A stretch of 64,000 bases of DNA from an uncultured cyanobacterium (lineage in GTDB: Bacteria > Cyanobacteriota > Cyanobacteriia > PCC-9006 > JAAUQQ01). The notes under the pieces are model-generated. The model had not been told where the DNA came from and did not search any database. It saw only the letters and a program-made list of their open reading frames with translations. The position numbers and the translations under genes are program-made. Positions within the stretch are counted from its first letter, which is position 1, and every line of letters starts with the position of its first letter. The stretch spans positions 1,248,001 to 1,312,000 of the forward strand of contig OY970368.1 of assembly GCA_963718615.1 (NCBI GenBank), written 5' to 3'. This document shows positions 1-9,474 of this stretch, in pieces.

Positions 1-1069
1 AGGCTGCATTGCCTACTCGTACGGGATAGGAATCTTGATAGCCTTTGAGATGGGGGAGTAATCGCTCTGGCATTTCATGCTTACCGTCGATGGAATAGAC
101 CACGTTAATCAGGCCATCGTCGGTACATTCTGCGCAGCGATCGCGAATCCAATGAATAAATTGGGCTGCTTCTTGGTTAAATCCTAAACGGATCAGCGCA
201 TAAATAGCATAGGCTGAATCTCTGACCCAAACATAACGATAATCCCAGTTTAGGTCACTGCCGAGGCTCTCCGGCAGGCTGGTGGTTGGGGCTGCAATAA
301 TGGCACCGGAGGGTCCATAGGTCAGCAATTTTAGCAAAAGCGCCGAGCGTTCAACGGCAGCTTGCCAACGACCTCGATAGGTAGATTGCGACAACCAATG
401 CTGCCAATAATTAAGTGTTTGATCCAGTAGAGATTGAGCTTCTGAGTCGGAAAGAGGCTGAGGGTCAGGATCGGAGGGCTGACAGCGAGATTGTAGCATC
501 AACACCACCATTTCACCCTTTGCGAGCTCAAAGTTGGCAACGACACCTGTTTGACTCTGTTCTAGGAAAAGTGAGGTTGACAGATCTACACAGTCAGATG
601 CTGATATAAATTGAGCACCGTGGCAATGGAGCGTGGTTTCATGGGAGTCTTGGGCATAGTTGAATGCGGGAAAACAGTGGAGTTGAAACCGAACGCTTCC
701 TCGTGTAGCCTTGACCATGCGAACGAGCGATCGCTGTGCGCGATGATGGGGATCTTCCAAACCCAGGGGCATAAAATCGATGATTTCACCACTGTTCTGA
801 AGTCCCAAAAAGCGAGTAATTAAAACATTAGTACTGGGCCAGTAAAGCTGATGGGTTCGGAATGGCCTTGCTTCGCTATCGGATTCAGTCTCCTCAACTG
901 GAGAAACCCGAAAGTAGCCGCCTTTCTCATCATCTAGAAGGGCAGCAAACATACTGGGAGAATCATGTTGGGGAGAACAAAGCCAGTCGATCGAACCATT
1001 TAAGCCGACCAGGGCAGTTGTATAGGTATTACCAATAATCCCGTATTGATCAAGGGATTGTTTAGCCAT
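1..1069 (-). CDS. Glycoside hydrolase family 15 protein (glucoamylase/trehalase-like), 5' part; runs off the left edge
   Basis: Not in the ORF track; translated by hand from ATG 1069: MAKQSLDQYGIIGNTYTTALVGLNGSIDWLCSPQHDSPSMFAALLD. The same frame later gives RSALLLKLLTYGPSGAIIAAPTTSLPE..NWDYRYVWVRDSAY, the GH15 signature. Confidence 0.9.
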   Translation of the reverse strand, partial: MAKQSLDQYGIIGNTYTTALVGLNGSIDWLCSPQHDSPSMFAALLDDEKGGYFRVSPVEETESDSEARPFRTHQLYWPSTNVLITRFLGLQNSGEIIDFMPLGLEDPHHRAQRSLVRMVKATRGSVRFQLHCFPAFNYAQDSHETTLHCHGAQFISASDCVDLSTSLFLEQSQTGVVANFELAKGEMVVLMLQSRCQPSDPDPQPLSDSEAQSLLDQTLNYWQHWLSQSTYRGRWQAAVERSALLLKLLTYGPSGAIIAAPTTSLPESLGSDLNWDYRYVWVRDSAYAIYALIRLGFNQEAAQFIHWIRDRCAECTDDGLINVVYSIDGKHEMPERLLPHLKGYQDSYPVRVGNAA

Positions 1070-1142
1070 GGAGAGATTATCCTAAATTAGATTTGTCCTG
1101 AATGGGAATGATCCTGAACTGGTAAATTAGAATCATCCCAAA

Positions 1143-1622
1143 TTAAATCAATCGCTGCTGATCATTGAGCTGGGCCATTCGCCAAGTCGTATAGGTGCCA
1201 ATCGGCCCCCAGAGCAGGTAAGGTAGAAGCAAGGCAGCGGCTCCACCAGAAATTTGCAAAACCCACAGCATTAAGCCCAGCCCCCAGATACAGCCCGCTG
1301 CGCCGATCGCAGTTCCAATCAAGAGATTGTGAGACCACAACATGATAGGCGAATAGACAACAATTAGGACCTCTAGTACTACGTAGGCAGCCAGAATCCA
1401 GGGGGTTGAGGGGGCATCGGGTTGGATTTGCCAGATGCTATGAGCCGAAAAGGCACCACAAACAAAAATAATGCTCCAGATGACAGGAATAAGCTTCTCA
1501 AAGGTTAACCATTGAGGACGTTCTAGACGGCGAAACCAACGAATGTCTTTGGGGCGTAAAATATTGGCAAAAAGAGCAATTAGTAGCGTAACTCCCCCAA
1601 TTACCATCCAAGGTTTAATCAT
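1143..1622 (-). CDS. tspO: TspO/MBR family tryptophan-rich sensory protein
   Basis: WFRRLERPQWL..IPVIWSIIF and LLLPYLLW motifs, about 5 hydrophobic helices; ATG 1622 preceded by GGAGAG. Confidence 0.85.
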   Translation of the reverse strand: MIKPWMVIGGVTLLIALFANILRPKDIRWFRRLERPQWLTFEKLIPVIWSIIFVCGAFSAHSIWQIQPDAPSTPWILAAYVVLEVLIVVYSPIMLWSHNLLIGTAIGAAGCIWGLGLMLWVLQISGGAAALLLPYLLWGPIGTYTTWRMAQLNDQQRLI

Positions 1623-1643
1623 GGTAAGTCTCTCCACAAACGG

Positions 1644-2444
1644 TTAGGTAATAGAATGGCGAAAGCCTGGATAGAGCGTTAGACCACCGTCAATAAATAA
1701 CGTTTGCCCAGTAATATAAGCAGCCTCAGATGAGGCTAAAAACGCCGCTGCTGCCGCCATCTCCTCCGGCTGACCTGCTCGACCCATGGGTACAAAATCA
1801 GCAATTTCTTGCCGCCCCCCCGGTTCTTCTGCCCAGTCATTGATGGGCGTAAGGGTTGCACCGGGAGCGATCGAGTTGATCCGAATGCGATCGCGTGCAT
1901 ATTCCAGGGCTAAGGTTTTTGTCATATTTTCTAACCCTCCTTTGCTGACGCTATAGCTCAGATATTGGGGTCGAGGAATAATCTCATGAACACTAGAATT
2001 GTTAATGATCACACCGGCTCGATTTTCAGCTAACCATGCCCGAATTGCCTGACGCGAACACAGAAAAGCCCCTCTCAAGTTGACGCCTAGAACCTTATCA
2101 AATGAGTCTATTTCAACTTTGTCAGAAGGAGATTCGATCTGTATGCCTGCGTTGTTGATCAAGATATCCAGCGAGTCTAGCTTTTGATGGGTAATCAAAA
2201 ACATTTTTTCGATGTCGGGGACCTGGGTAATATCTGCTTGGATTAGAAAATGCTGGGTTGTCGGATAGTTAGCGGCGATCGCACAGCCATACACTTCTTT
2301 CAATACCGCTTCCGCTTGCTCCCGATTAGAGTGGTAATTAATGGCAACGTTGGCTCCTTCTTGGGCAAAACGAAGGGCGATCGCCTTGCCAATACCAGAT
2401 GCACCCCCGGTGACTAAAACATTTTTCTGTTGTAGTCCTTTCAT
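1644..2444 (-). CDS. SDR oxidoreductase, glucose 1-dehydrogenase-like
   Basis: TGGASGIG, NNAG, SSVHEIIP, YSVSK, ITGQTLFIDGGLTLYP resemble Bacillus-type Gdh. Confidence 0.85.
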   Translation of the reverse strand: MKGLQQKNVLVTGGASGIGKAIALRFAQEGANVAINYHSNREQAEAVLKEVYGCAIAANYPTTQHFLIQADITQVPDIEKMFLITHQKLDSLDILINNAGIQIESPSDKVEIDSFDKVLGVNLRGAFLCSRQAIRAWLAENRAGVIINNSSVHEIIPRPQYLSYSVSKGGLENMTKTLALEYARDRIRINSIAPGATLTPINDWAEEPGGRQEIADFVPMGRAGQPEEMAAAAAFLASSEAAYITGQTLFIDGGLTLYPGFRHSIT

Positions 2445-2532
2445 GAATCCCTCATCAGCATGATTAGCTGCGCCAAATAGAATTGAGCCAAATCGGATTG
2501 GGCTAAGTACTATTATTAATCAAACAATCAAA

Positions 2533-3321
2533 CTACTGATCCGTCATCGGATAAACTTCCGTAGCCACCAAAACCGGACGTTGGCTGTATTCTGCTTCGA
2601 GCTTTTGCTTAACGCCTTGGTCCCAAGTCCAATCATAGTCTCGATCGAACTCGCTGATGATGAAGGGACGGATCTGGCCTGTGACTACCACTCGATTTCC
2701 CTCAGTAGATTGATTTAAGGGTTGTCCCAGAACTAATAGGTCTTGACCCCCAAATAGCTGTTCTTCATCAATCGTAAAGGCTTGCGCGTCGTAAATCTCG
2801 TTAATATCCCCTTCGATCGCGATCGTTTGGTTATAGAAGGCGCTAGGATTTTCGGAAATTTTTGCAGGGTCTGGGGCGAGGGCAAGGGATTGGGCAACGA
2901 TGACCGGCTTCTCTCGATAGGCATCGTAGAATTGGTCATTTAAATCAAGATTGTATTGCTGTGCTAGTTCAGGCGAAAGGACCGGCATGACCTCACCTGA
3001 AATCTGCACCTCGGTGCCGTCACTGGGAATTACAAAGGGGTCTGTAGTTGCATTAACCACGAGCACTGCGCCGTCGCTAAAGACTCTGGGGTCAGAAACT
3101 GAAAAGACGCTATCGCCGAGAACCTGCTCTGGAGCGCTGCGAATGGTAACCAATTGCCCTGAAATGGCGTCGGGGAGATCAACGACTTCTTCTGTGGTGA
3201 CATTTGTGCCAACATCAGCGAGTTCATCATTGGCCTGTCCGCAGCTTCCCAGCAAGGATAGGCTGCCGACGAGCGCGATTAGACCTAAAAGACTGAGAGT
3301 CTTTTGTTGGGTAAAAAGCAT
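2533..3321 (-). CDS. Hypothetical lipoprotein with two internally repeated domains
   Basis: Hydrophobic N-terminus ending LLGSC; the two halves are similar (GQLVTIRS..F..D..VLVV / NQTIAIEG..F..D..LLVL). Confidence 0.7.
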   Translation of the reverse strand: MLFTQQKTLSLLGLIALVGSLSLLGSCGQANDELADVGTNVTTEEVVDLPDAISGQLVTIRSAPEQVLGDSVFSVSDPRVFSDGAVLVVNATTDPFVIPSDGTEVQISGEVMPVLSPELAQQYNLDLNDQFYDAYREKPVIVAQSLALAPDPAKISENPSAFYNQTIAIEGDINEIYDAQAFTIDEEQLFGGQDLLVLGQPLNQSTEGNRVVVTGQIRPFIISEFDRDYDWTWDQGVKQKLEAEYSQRPVLVATEVYPMTDQ

Positions 3322-3452
3322 AGGTTTTCATGTCCTGTTGTTCAAGTCTATTAGTTGAAATTTTAGAAAAGTTTTGGGCGATCGCGAACCTTCATAAAGC
3401 AAGAGTTTGTCGAGATAAATCTCTGTCCAAAGAAGGGAACGAAAAGAAAAAA

Positions 3453-3476
3453 GGGAACTGGGATATCCCAATTCCC
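3453..3476 (-). terminator. Intrinsic terminator after the sigma factor gene
   Basis: Stem GGGAACTGGG/CCCAATTCCC with an adjacent A-rich run (U-tract on the minus strand). Confidence 0.65.
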
Positions 3477-3527
3477 CTAGGGGTGTGTGGTGGGGTGAAA
3501 TCTAAATGGTGGGGTTGATGCTTGTCA

Positions 3528-4487
3528 CTAGCCGGCAATATAGGACTGGAATTGGGATGCCCGATTGCGCAGTTGACGTAGACCTTCCCGTTCAATTTGC
3601 CGGACGCGCTCACGGCTTAGGTCTAACGTCGAACCAATCTTTGCTAGAGTCATGGGCTGATTGTTTTCTAAGCCATAGCGGAGTTTTAGAACGGTCTGTT
3701 GCTGAGGACTTAGGGTTTCTAGAACCTCTTTGAGATCGCTGGCTAAAGAGGTCTGAATTACATAGTCTTCGGGGACATGCTCTTCGTCTTCTAGTAATTC
3801 GCTCAACTGCGTATCTTGGTTCTCTCCCACGCGCATGTCCAGGGAGATTGGCTGTCTAAGATAGTTTAAATATTCCCGCACCTGCTTAGGCTCGACATCC
3901 AGTGCCTCTGCCAGTTCCTTGGCGCTGGGCGTATGCTGGAGTTGCTGTGCCAGCTCCCGTTGGGCGCGTTTGAGCCGATTGAGCTTTTCCGTGACATGGA
4001 TGGGGAGACGAATTGCTCTACCTTTTTCTGCGATCGCCCGCGTCACCCCCTGCCGAATCCACCAGTAGGCATAGGTGGAAAAACGATATCCCTTAGAGGG
4101 ATCAAATTTCTCAACCGCCCGCTGTAAACCGATGGTTCCCTCTTGGATCAAATCCAAAAGTTCCAAATTTCGCTTGACGTATTTCTTGGCGATCGAAACC
4201 ACAAGACGCAGATTTGATTCGACCATTACCCTTTTTGCTGCATCGCTTTCGTCTAGGGTCTTTTCCAAGGTATCTACTGTTAGATGTGCGGCAGTGGCAA
4301 ATTCTTCTAGATTGGGTTCGTGCCCTAGCTGCTCAGCCAAATGAGCTTTGAGCGCCTGCAATTCCACGCCATGCTGCACTAGGCGGCTGTAGTGAACCTC
4401 TTGATCTTGGGTCAAGAGCGGAATTCGACCAATCGATTGGAGGTAAAACCGGATTGAGTCAGTGCCAGTGTTCATAGTCGCGGTCAT
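3528..4487 (-). CDS. Group 2 sigma-70 factor (RpoD/SigA family, no region 1.1)
   Basis: YLQSIGRIPLLT, NLRLVVSIAKKY, DLIQEG, FSTYAYWWIRQ, SRERVRQIE; 319 aa. Confidence 0.93.
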   Translation of the reverse strand: MTATMNTGTDSIRFYLQSIGRIPLLTQDQEVHYSRLVQHGVELQALKAHLAEQLGHEPNLEEFATAAHLTVDTLEKTLDESDAAKRVMVESNLRLVVSIAKKYVKRNLELLDLIQEGTIGLQRAVEKFDPSKGYRFSTYAYWWIRQGVTRAIAEKGRAIRLPIHVTEKLNRLKRAQRELAQQLQHTPSAKELAEALDVEPKQVREYLNYLRQPISLDMRVGENQDTQLSELLEDEEHVPEDYVIQTSLASDLKEVLETLSPQQQTVLKLRYGLENNQPMTLAKIGSTLDLSRERVRQIEREGLRQLRNRASQFQSYIAG

Positions 4488-4725
4488 CGATTCTTTACCC
4501 TAAACGATTGCTGCCACACAGTCTGCCTGAGTTTGCTTGCCTGGGCTTGCTTGCCTGGGCTTGCTTGAGCCGGTTTGCTTGGGCTCTATCCTGCGTCTCC
4601 GTGTTGCTGCCATTGTCCGATAGTTCAGGGCTAGCGCAATCTTTCTAGAGACGGAATCGGGAGCCTCGGTGTCTATACCTGTGCTCTGATGAGGACCAAT
4701 TTTATGGCCGTCTTGATGGTCGTCT

Positions 4726-5901
4726 TTAGGAGGACTGTCGATGGATCGGCAACAGGACCGTAAAGGTACTGCCATCCCCCGGTTGCGAGCTGAGACTAAT
4801 CTGACCCTGATGGGCTTCGACGATGCGCTGGGTGAGATGCAGTCCCAAACCGCTGCCCGCTCGCATATGTTCACCCTGACGAAAGCGCTCAAAAATTTTC
4901 TGCTGTTCTTCCAGCGGAATGCCAGGTCCTGTATCGGCAACGACGACCGCAATCATCGGCTCTGCGGGGGCTTGATCGGTTTGTGACCTGCCTGGTTGCG
5001 ATTCATCCAGTTGCGATTCATCCAGTTGCAATTCATAACGCAGCTCAATTCCCCCAGCGTCGCTAAACTTAATGGCATTGCCAATCAAGTTGGTAATGAC
5101 CCGACGCAGCTCTAGGCGATCGCCCCAAACCCAACTGTCTTCCTCATCCATCGCGCCAACACAGAGCTTGAGCGTCAGCGATTTCTCCTGGGCCAAGGGC
5201 TCCAGCTCTTTGACCACCTCTTCGGCGACCTCTAGCAATTTAACGCGACTAAAGGCCATTTCCTTTTGACCAGCATCATGGCGATAGACCTCTAGGAGCG
5301 TATTCGCCATCTTGAGCAGGTTGTCGTTGTTTTGGATGACATTGCTCAGCATCTCCTCTAAGGGGGTAGAAATATTGCCAAAACAACCCTCCACACAAAG
5401 CTGCAAGACGCGGTTGGCTGCAACCAGAGGCGTCCGCAAATCATGGGTAAGCCGCGCCACAAAATCATCTTGCTGACGCATCATGGCCGTTTGGTTATCA
5501 ATACTGGTTTTGAGGCGCAGGAGCGATCGCACCCGTGCCTTGAGTTCATCCAACGAAACGGGTTTACGGATAAAATCATCGGCTCCGGCATCAAGACCCT
5601 CGACAACGCTCGTGGCATCGTGGGCCGTGATCAGCAAAATGGGAATGTAGGGCAAATTGGGATTGGCTCGAATCCGCCGGGTGACCTCATAGCCATCCAT
5701 TTCCGGCATCATCACATCTAGCAGAATGAGGGCCGGGGGATTTTGGGCGATCGCTTCCAGTGCCGCTGAGCCCCGTTCAAAACAGGAAAGGGAATAAGCC
5801 GCTTCATCCCCGAGCATGGCCTCTAGCAAAAACAGGTTGTCGCTGACATCATCAACCGCAAAAATCTGATGTATGGGGGAGGGGGGAACTAACGTTTCCA
5901 A
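4726..5901 (-). CDS. Hybrid receiver-histidine kinase
   Basis: N-terminal REC (VDD, LLDVMMP, KP), H-box THDLRTPL, NLIGNAIKF, DTGPGI, GSGLGL. Confidence 0.92.
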   Translation of the reverse strand: METLVPPSPIHQIFAVDDVSDNLFLLEAMLGDEAAYSLSCFERGSAALEAIAQNPPALILLDVMMPEMDGYEVTRRIRANPNLPYIPILLITAHDATSVVEGLDAGADDFIRKPVSLDELKARVRSLLRLKTSIDNQTAMMRQQDDFVARLTHDLRTPLVAANRVLQLCVEGCFGNISTPLEEMLSNVIQNNDNLLKMANTLLEVYRHDAGQKEMAFSRVKLLEVAEEVVKELEPLAQEKSLTLKLCVGAMDEEDSWVWGDRLELRRVITNLIGNAIKFSDAGGIELRYELQLDESQLDESQPGRSQTDQAPAEPMIAVVVADTGPGIPLEEQQKIFERFRQGEHMRAGSGLGLHLTQRIVEAHQGQISLSSQPGDGSTFTVLLPIHRQSS

Positions 5902-6111
5902 GGTTTATGCTCCGACACAGATAACAGCGTTTGATGACAAGTTGAGCACAGGACTATCCAGCATTGTTGTCAAAGTAGTCAAAGGCACAGTCTTCAACCA
6001 TTAGAATAACAAAATGGCCACATCATCCTCTATCGTAGGGCAGATGTCGTTGTGCAGATATTTTGTAGGGCGGGGTTTTTGACGTTCCGTTATATCTGTA
6101 CGGAGAATCGT

Positions 6112-7338
6112 TCAATCGGCTGCTTGACTCTTAATGTGGCGAGGGATGCAAATTCGAAAGGTGGAACCCTTGCCCAAAACGCTCTCTACCGTGATGGTGC
6201 CATCCATCATCTCAACCAGAGCGCGGGTAATCGCGAGGCCCAGCCCTGTACCTGGACGGTGCCGTCGCACCGACTGATCGAGTTGCCGAAAGGCCTCGAA
6301 AATATGGTCGAGTTGTTCTGGGGCAATGCCGATGCCCGTATCTCGGACCTCGATCTGGATGGAATCGGCCTCGGTGAGGGAAGTGCTCACCCCCACGAGA
6401 ATGCTCCCTTGCTCGGTAAATTTGATCGCGTTCGAAATGAGGTTGATCAAAATTTGTTTGATTCGCAGGGGGTCGTTGGTGAGCTGCAAATCCGTTAGGT
6501 TGGTTTCCAGGGTTAGGGTTAGTGCTTTGGTCCGGGCCAGCGATCGCAATTCTTCCAAGGTTTCGTGAACAACTTCGCTCAAGTCAAAGGTTTGCGGTAC
6601 TAGTTGCATGCGGCCTGCCTCGATCTTAGAGAAATCCAGCAGGTCTGTAATTAATGCGAGTAAATGCTCACCATTGCTCAAGATCCGATTGACCATATTG
6701 AGCTGATAGCCACTCAGAGCGCCTTGGCTCTGGCGAGCGAGTACCTGGGAAAACCCAATAATGGCGTTCATCGGGGTTCGGAGCTCGTGGGAAACGGTGG
6801 CAATAAACTCTGATTTTAGCCGAGCCGCTTCGATCAGCTGAAGGTTTTGGACCTGAATTTGACGTTTTTGACGCTCTAGTTCAACATTCTGAATCCGCAG
6901 GAGGGCATTGCTTTCTCGGAGCTGCTCTTGGATGCTGATAGCCCGCTCCTCGGCGCGATAGAGCCGTAGCGATCGCAACACCATCTGACTAATTTGTGCC
7001 GGGGAAATTCGCGTTTTGTTGAGATAATCCGAGGCCCCTGCCTTCATTAATTCCACAGCGACTTGTTCATCGCTTTGCCCTGTTAAGACTAAAATGGGAA
7101 CCCGCATCCCTCGTGCCCGCAGGGTCTTGAGCAAACTCAGACCATCTTGGTCCGGCAAATAATAGTCGATAAACGCACAGTCAAAGGTCTCTTGCTCAAT
7201 CACCGCCAGGGCCGATTGGGCATTGGTGGCTTCTTTCCAATCAAATTGAAACCCACCCTTGCGAAGGGCTCGCTGGAGGGTCATCCGATCGACTTCATCG
7301 TCGTCCACAATCAAGAATCGAAACGTTTCCTTTAGCAT
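6112..7338 (-). CDS. Hybrid receiver-histidine kinase
   Basis: REC (VDDD, IDYYLPD), SHELRTPMN, NLISNAIKF, GTGLGL. Confidence 0.92.
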   Translation of the reverse strand: MLKETFRFLIVDDDEVDRMTLQRALRKGGFQFDWKEATNAQSALAVIEQETFDCAFIDYYLPDQDGLSLLKTLRARGMRVPILVLTGQSDEQVAVELMKAGASDYLNKTRISPAQISQMVLRSLRLYRAEERAISIQEQLRESNALLRIQNVELERQKRQIQVQNLQLIEAARLKSEFIATVSHELRTPMNAIIGFSQVLARQSQGALSGYQLNMVNRILSNGEHLLALITDLLDFSKIEAGRMQLVPQTFDLSEVVHETLEELRSLARTKALTLTLETNLTDLQLTNDPLRIKQILINLISNAIKFTEQGSILVGVSTSLTEADSIQIEVRDTGIGIAPEQLDHIFEAFRQLDQSVRRHRPGTGLGLAITRALVEMMDGTITVESVLGKGSTFRICIPRHIKSQAAD

Positions 7339-7353
7339 GAACCAAAAGACGTA

Positions 7354-7839
7354 TCAGGGCAGTTCACAGATCGACCAATAGTGGCTGAGCGTAGCCACGA
7401 CGGTGGAAAAATTGGAAAAGGTGACCGGTTTGAGGATATACCCGGCCACATTAAGACGATAGGCTTCAACGCGATCGCAATCTTCATTGGATGTCGTCAA
7501 AACAATAACCGGAATAAACTGTAGCTGCGGATCACGCCGCAGCTCCTGCAAAAATTCAATTCCTCCCATCCTGGGCATATTTAGATCTAGAAGAATGAGT
7601 AAATGCCGAGTCGATAGCTTGGGGATTTCCGCTGCCTCTCCATGCAGCGCATCCATTGCCTCAGCCTCAGCTTCAGACTGACCTCTTAATCGTTGTAACG
7701 CCTCTACGCCATCTCCTGCCACAAATAATGGATTTGGCAGGTGATTTTTGGTAAAGGCTCGTCGTACATTCATAACATCCACCGCATCATCTTCGACTAG
7801 AAGGATGTTCATGGCTTTTGGGTACGCAGAGGTTTGCAT
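7354..7839 (-). CDS. Single-domain response regulator, Rcp1-like
   Basis: ILLVEDD, LLDLNMP, VLTTS, YILKP and C-terminal YW..C.LP typical of the Rcp family. Confidence 0.9.
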   Translation of the reverse strand: MQTSAYPKAMNILLVEDDAVDVMNVRRAFTKNHLPNPLFVAGDGVEALQRLRGQSEAEAEAMDALHGEAAEIPKLSTRHLLILLDLNMPRMGGIEFLQELRRDPQLQFIPVIVLTTSNEDCDRVEAYRLNVAGYILKPVTFSNFSTVVATLSHYWSICELP

Positions 7840-7948
7840 TTTAGGTTAGAACAGGAGGGCAACGAAAAGCAAACTCCAGGCATCGTACCGCAATCCCCTA
7901 CCTTTTGAATGAGTAGTTTAAATGAGTAGTTTAAATGAGTAGTTTGAA

Positions 7949-9427
7949 TTAGTGTTTAGGCCAGGTAAAGTAAAATGTACTTCCTCCCCCGGATTTGGCT
8001 TCAAGGCCGACTATGCCTCCCTCTGCTTCGATAATCTTCTTAATAATCGCAAGCCCCACGCCCGTACTTTCAAAGGTGTCACGAGCCTGGAGCGTTTGAA
8101 AAATTTCAAATATCTTCTGATGATATTCGGGTGCAATTCCGGGTCCATTATCTGATACCTCAAAGCGATAAAATGCTCCTGCGGGTGCTACCGCGATGTG
8201 AACGGTCTTTTTCGGATTAGGATTATGTTTAATCGCATTGCCGATCAAATTATTAAAAACCTGCCATAGCAATAAAGGTCGAGTTCGAATTTTTGGCATG
8301 TTAGGATCTTGGGTGATGATGACATCCTCGGTAACAGATTCTGTTACCGATAGCGTATCGATTACATCGGCAATCACATCTGCAACAGCAACTTGCTCGA
8401 CTTCAAGCCGCTGACGTCCGATGCGAGAATAGTCTAATAGTCCATTTAATAATGCCTCTAGTCGATAAACCCGTCCCCGCAACAGCTCCATCTGATGACG
8501 GTTGTCCGGTGGTAAAAGTTCACCAATGTCCTCTTCAATCCATTCGGAAAGATTGGCGATCGCCCGCAAAGGCGCTTTTAAATCATGGGAAGCAACATAG
8601 GCAAACCGATCCAACTCCTGGTTTTGTTTTTCCAAATTTCGATTGGTTTGGGTGAGCATGGCCGTTAAACGAGACAGCTCATCTGCACGGGAGATGAGCT
8701 CCCGCTCTAAATATCGAAATAGTAAAAGTGCTCCGATACAACTGGCCAAACTCACTAAAGCGAGCGTCCCGATCAGCAGGGTTGTCCACTGCTGAGTGCG
8801 AATGTTCGCGGCTTGACGCCGACGTAGTAAAGAGCGTTCCTCCGCCTCAAAAACGTCAAGGAGCTGACGGATTTTGTCCATCCGGTTTTCCCCTTCGATA
8901 ATGAGACGCTCTATCTCTGGAACAATGAGGATTGGGCCGACTGAATTATCCCGCCAATTGCTTTGAAGGGTGACCAGCACCTCTAGCTTATCCTGAATGG
9001 CTTTATCCGTTTCCTGGAGTCGTGCCCGTTGTCTAGGATTGTCTCGCGTCGCATCCTGTAACCGTTGCAATCGCTTCTGAAGTTCTTTCTCCTCGGTTTG
9101 ATAGGGGACTAAAAATTGTGGATTACCGCTGATGACATAGCCTCGAATACCAGTTTCTGCATTGAGCAAACTCAACCGCAGGCGATAGCTATCAGTCAAA
9201 ATAGCTTGGGTATGGTCAACCCAACTGCCTGCCACGACAATACTGCGGCGGGTGAGCACCCAGGCACCAAAGGTTGCGACCAAGCAAATCAATGGAATGG
9301 CCAAGACCAAAGCCCCACGATGGCGAACGGGAAGCCTTTTCCAAAGGCTCCAAGCGCGCTGTTGTGTTTGGCGGATCGCATGCATGGGCCAATTTTGCCA
9401 TGCGACCTCCAATCCTGTCTCTACCAA
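7949..9427 (-). CDS. Membrane sensor histidine kinase with CHASE3 domain
   Basis: Two TM helices around WVDHT..LLNAETGIRGY (CHASE3); FAYVASHDLKAPLRAI H-box; HATPase boxes. Confidence 0.9.
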   Translation of the reverse strand: MVETGLEVAWQNWPMHAIRQTQQRAWSLWKRLPVRHRGALVLAIPLICLVATFGAWVLTRRSIVVAGSWVDHTQAILTDSYRLRLSLLNAETGIRGYVISGNPQFLVPYQTEEKELQKRLQRLQDATRDNPRQRARLQETDKAIQDKLEVLVTLQSNWRDNSVGPILIVPEIERLIIEGENRMDKIRQLLDVFEAEERSLLRRRQAANIRTQQWTTLLIGTLALVSLASCIGALLLFRYLERELISRADELSRLTAMLTQTNRNLEKQNQELDRFAYVASHDLKAPLRAIANLSEWIEEDIGELLPPDNRHQMELLRGRVYRLEALLNGLLDYSRIGRQRLEVEQVAVADVIADVIDTLSVTESVTEDVIITQDPNMPKIRTRPLLLWQVFNNLIGNAIKHNPNPKKTVHIAVAPAGAFYRFEVSDNGPGIAPEYHQKIFEIFQTLQARDTFESTGVGLAIIKKIIEAEGGIVGLEAKSGGGSTFYFTWPKH

Positions 9428-9474
9428 AATGTGGATTTAGCGGGATACCGGAAGAGCGGGCGGAAACGTTAACG

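Noticed and set aside
7897-7912. Box-like CCTACCTTTTGAATGA before the Rcp1-like gene, and TCTTTCTGAGGGAATA at 21688
   Set aside because: No convincing -10 at 22-23 bp, so left out of the motif set.
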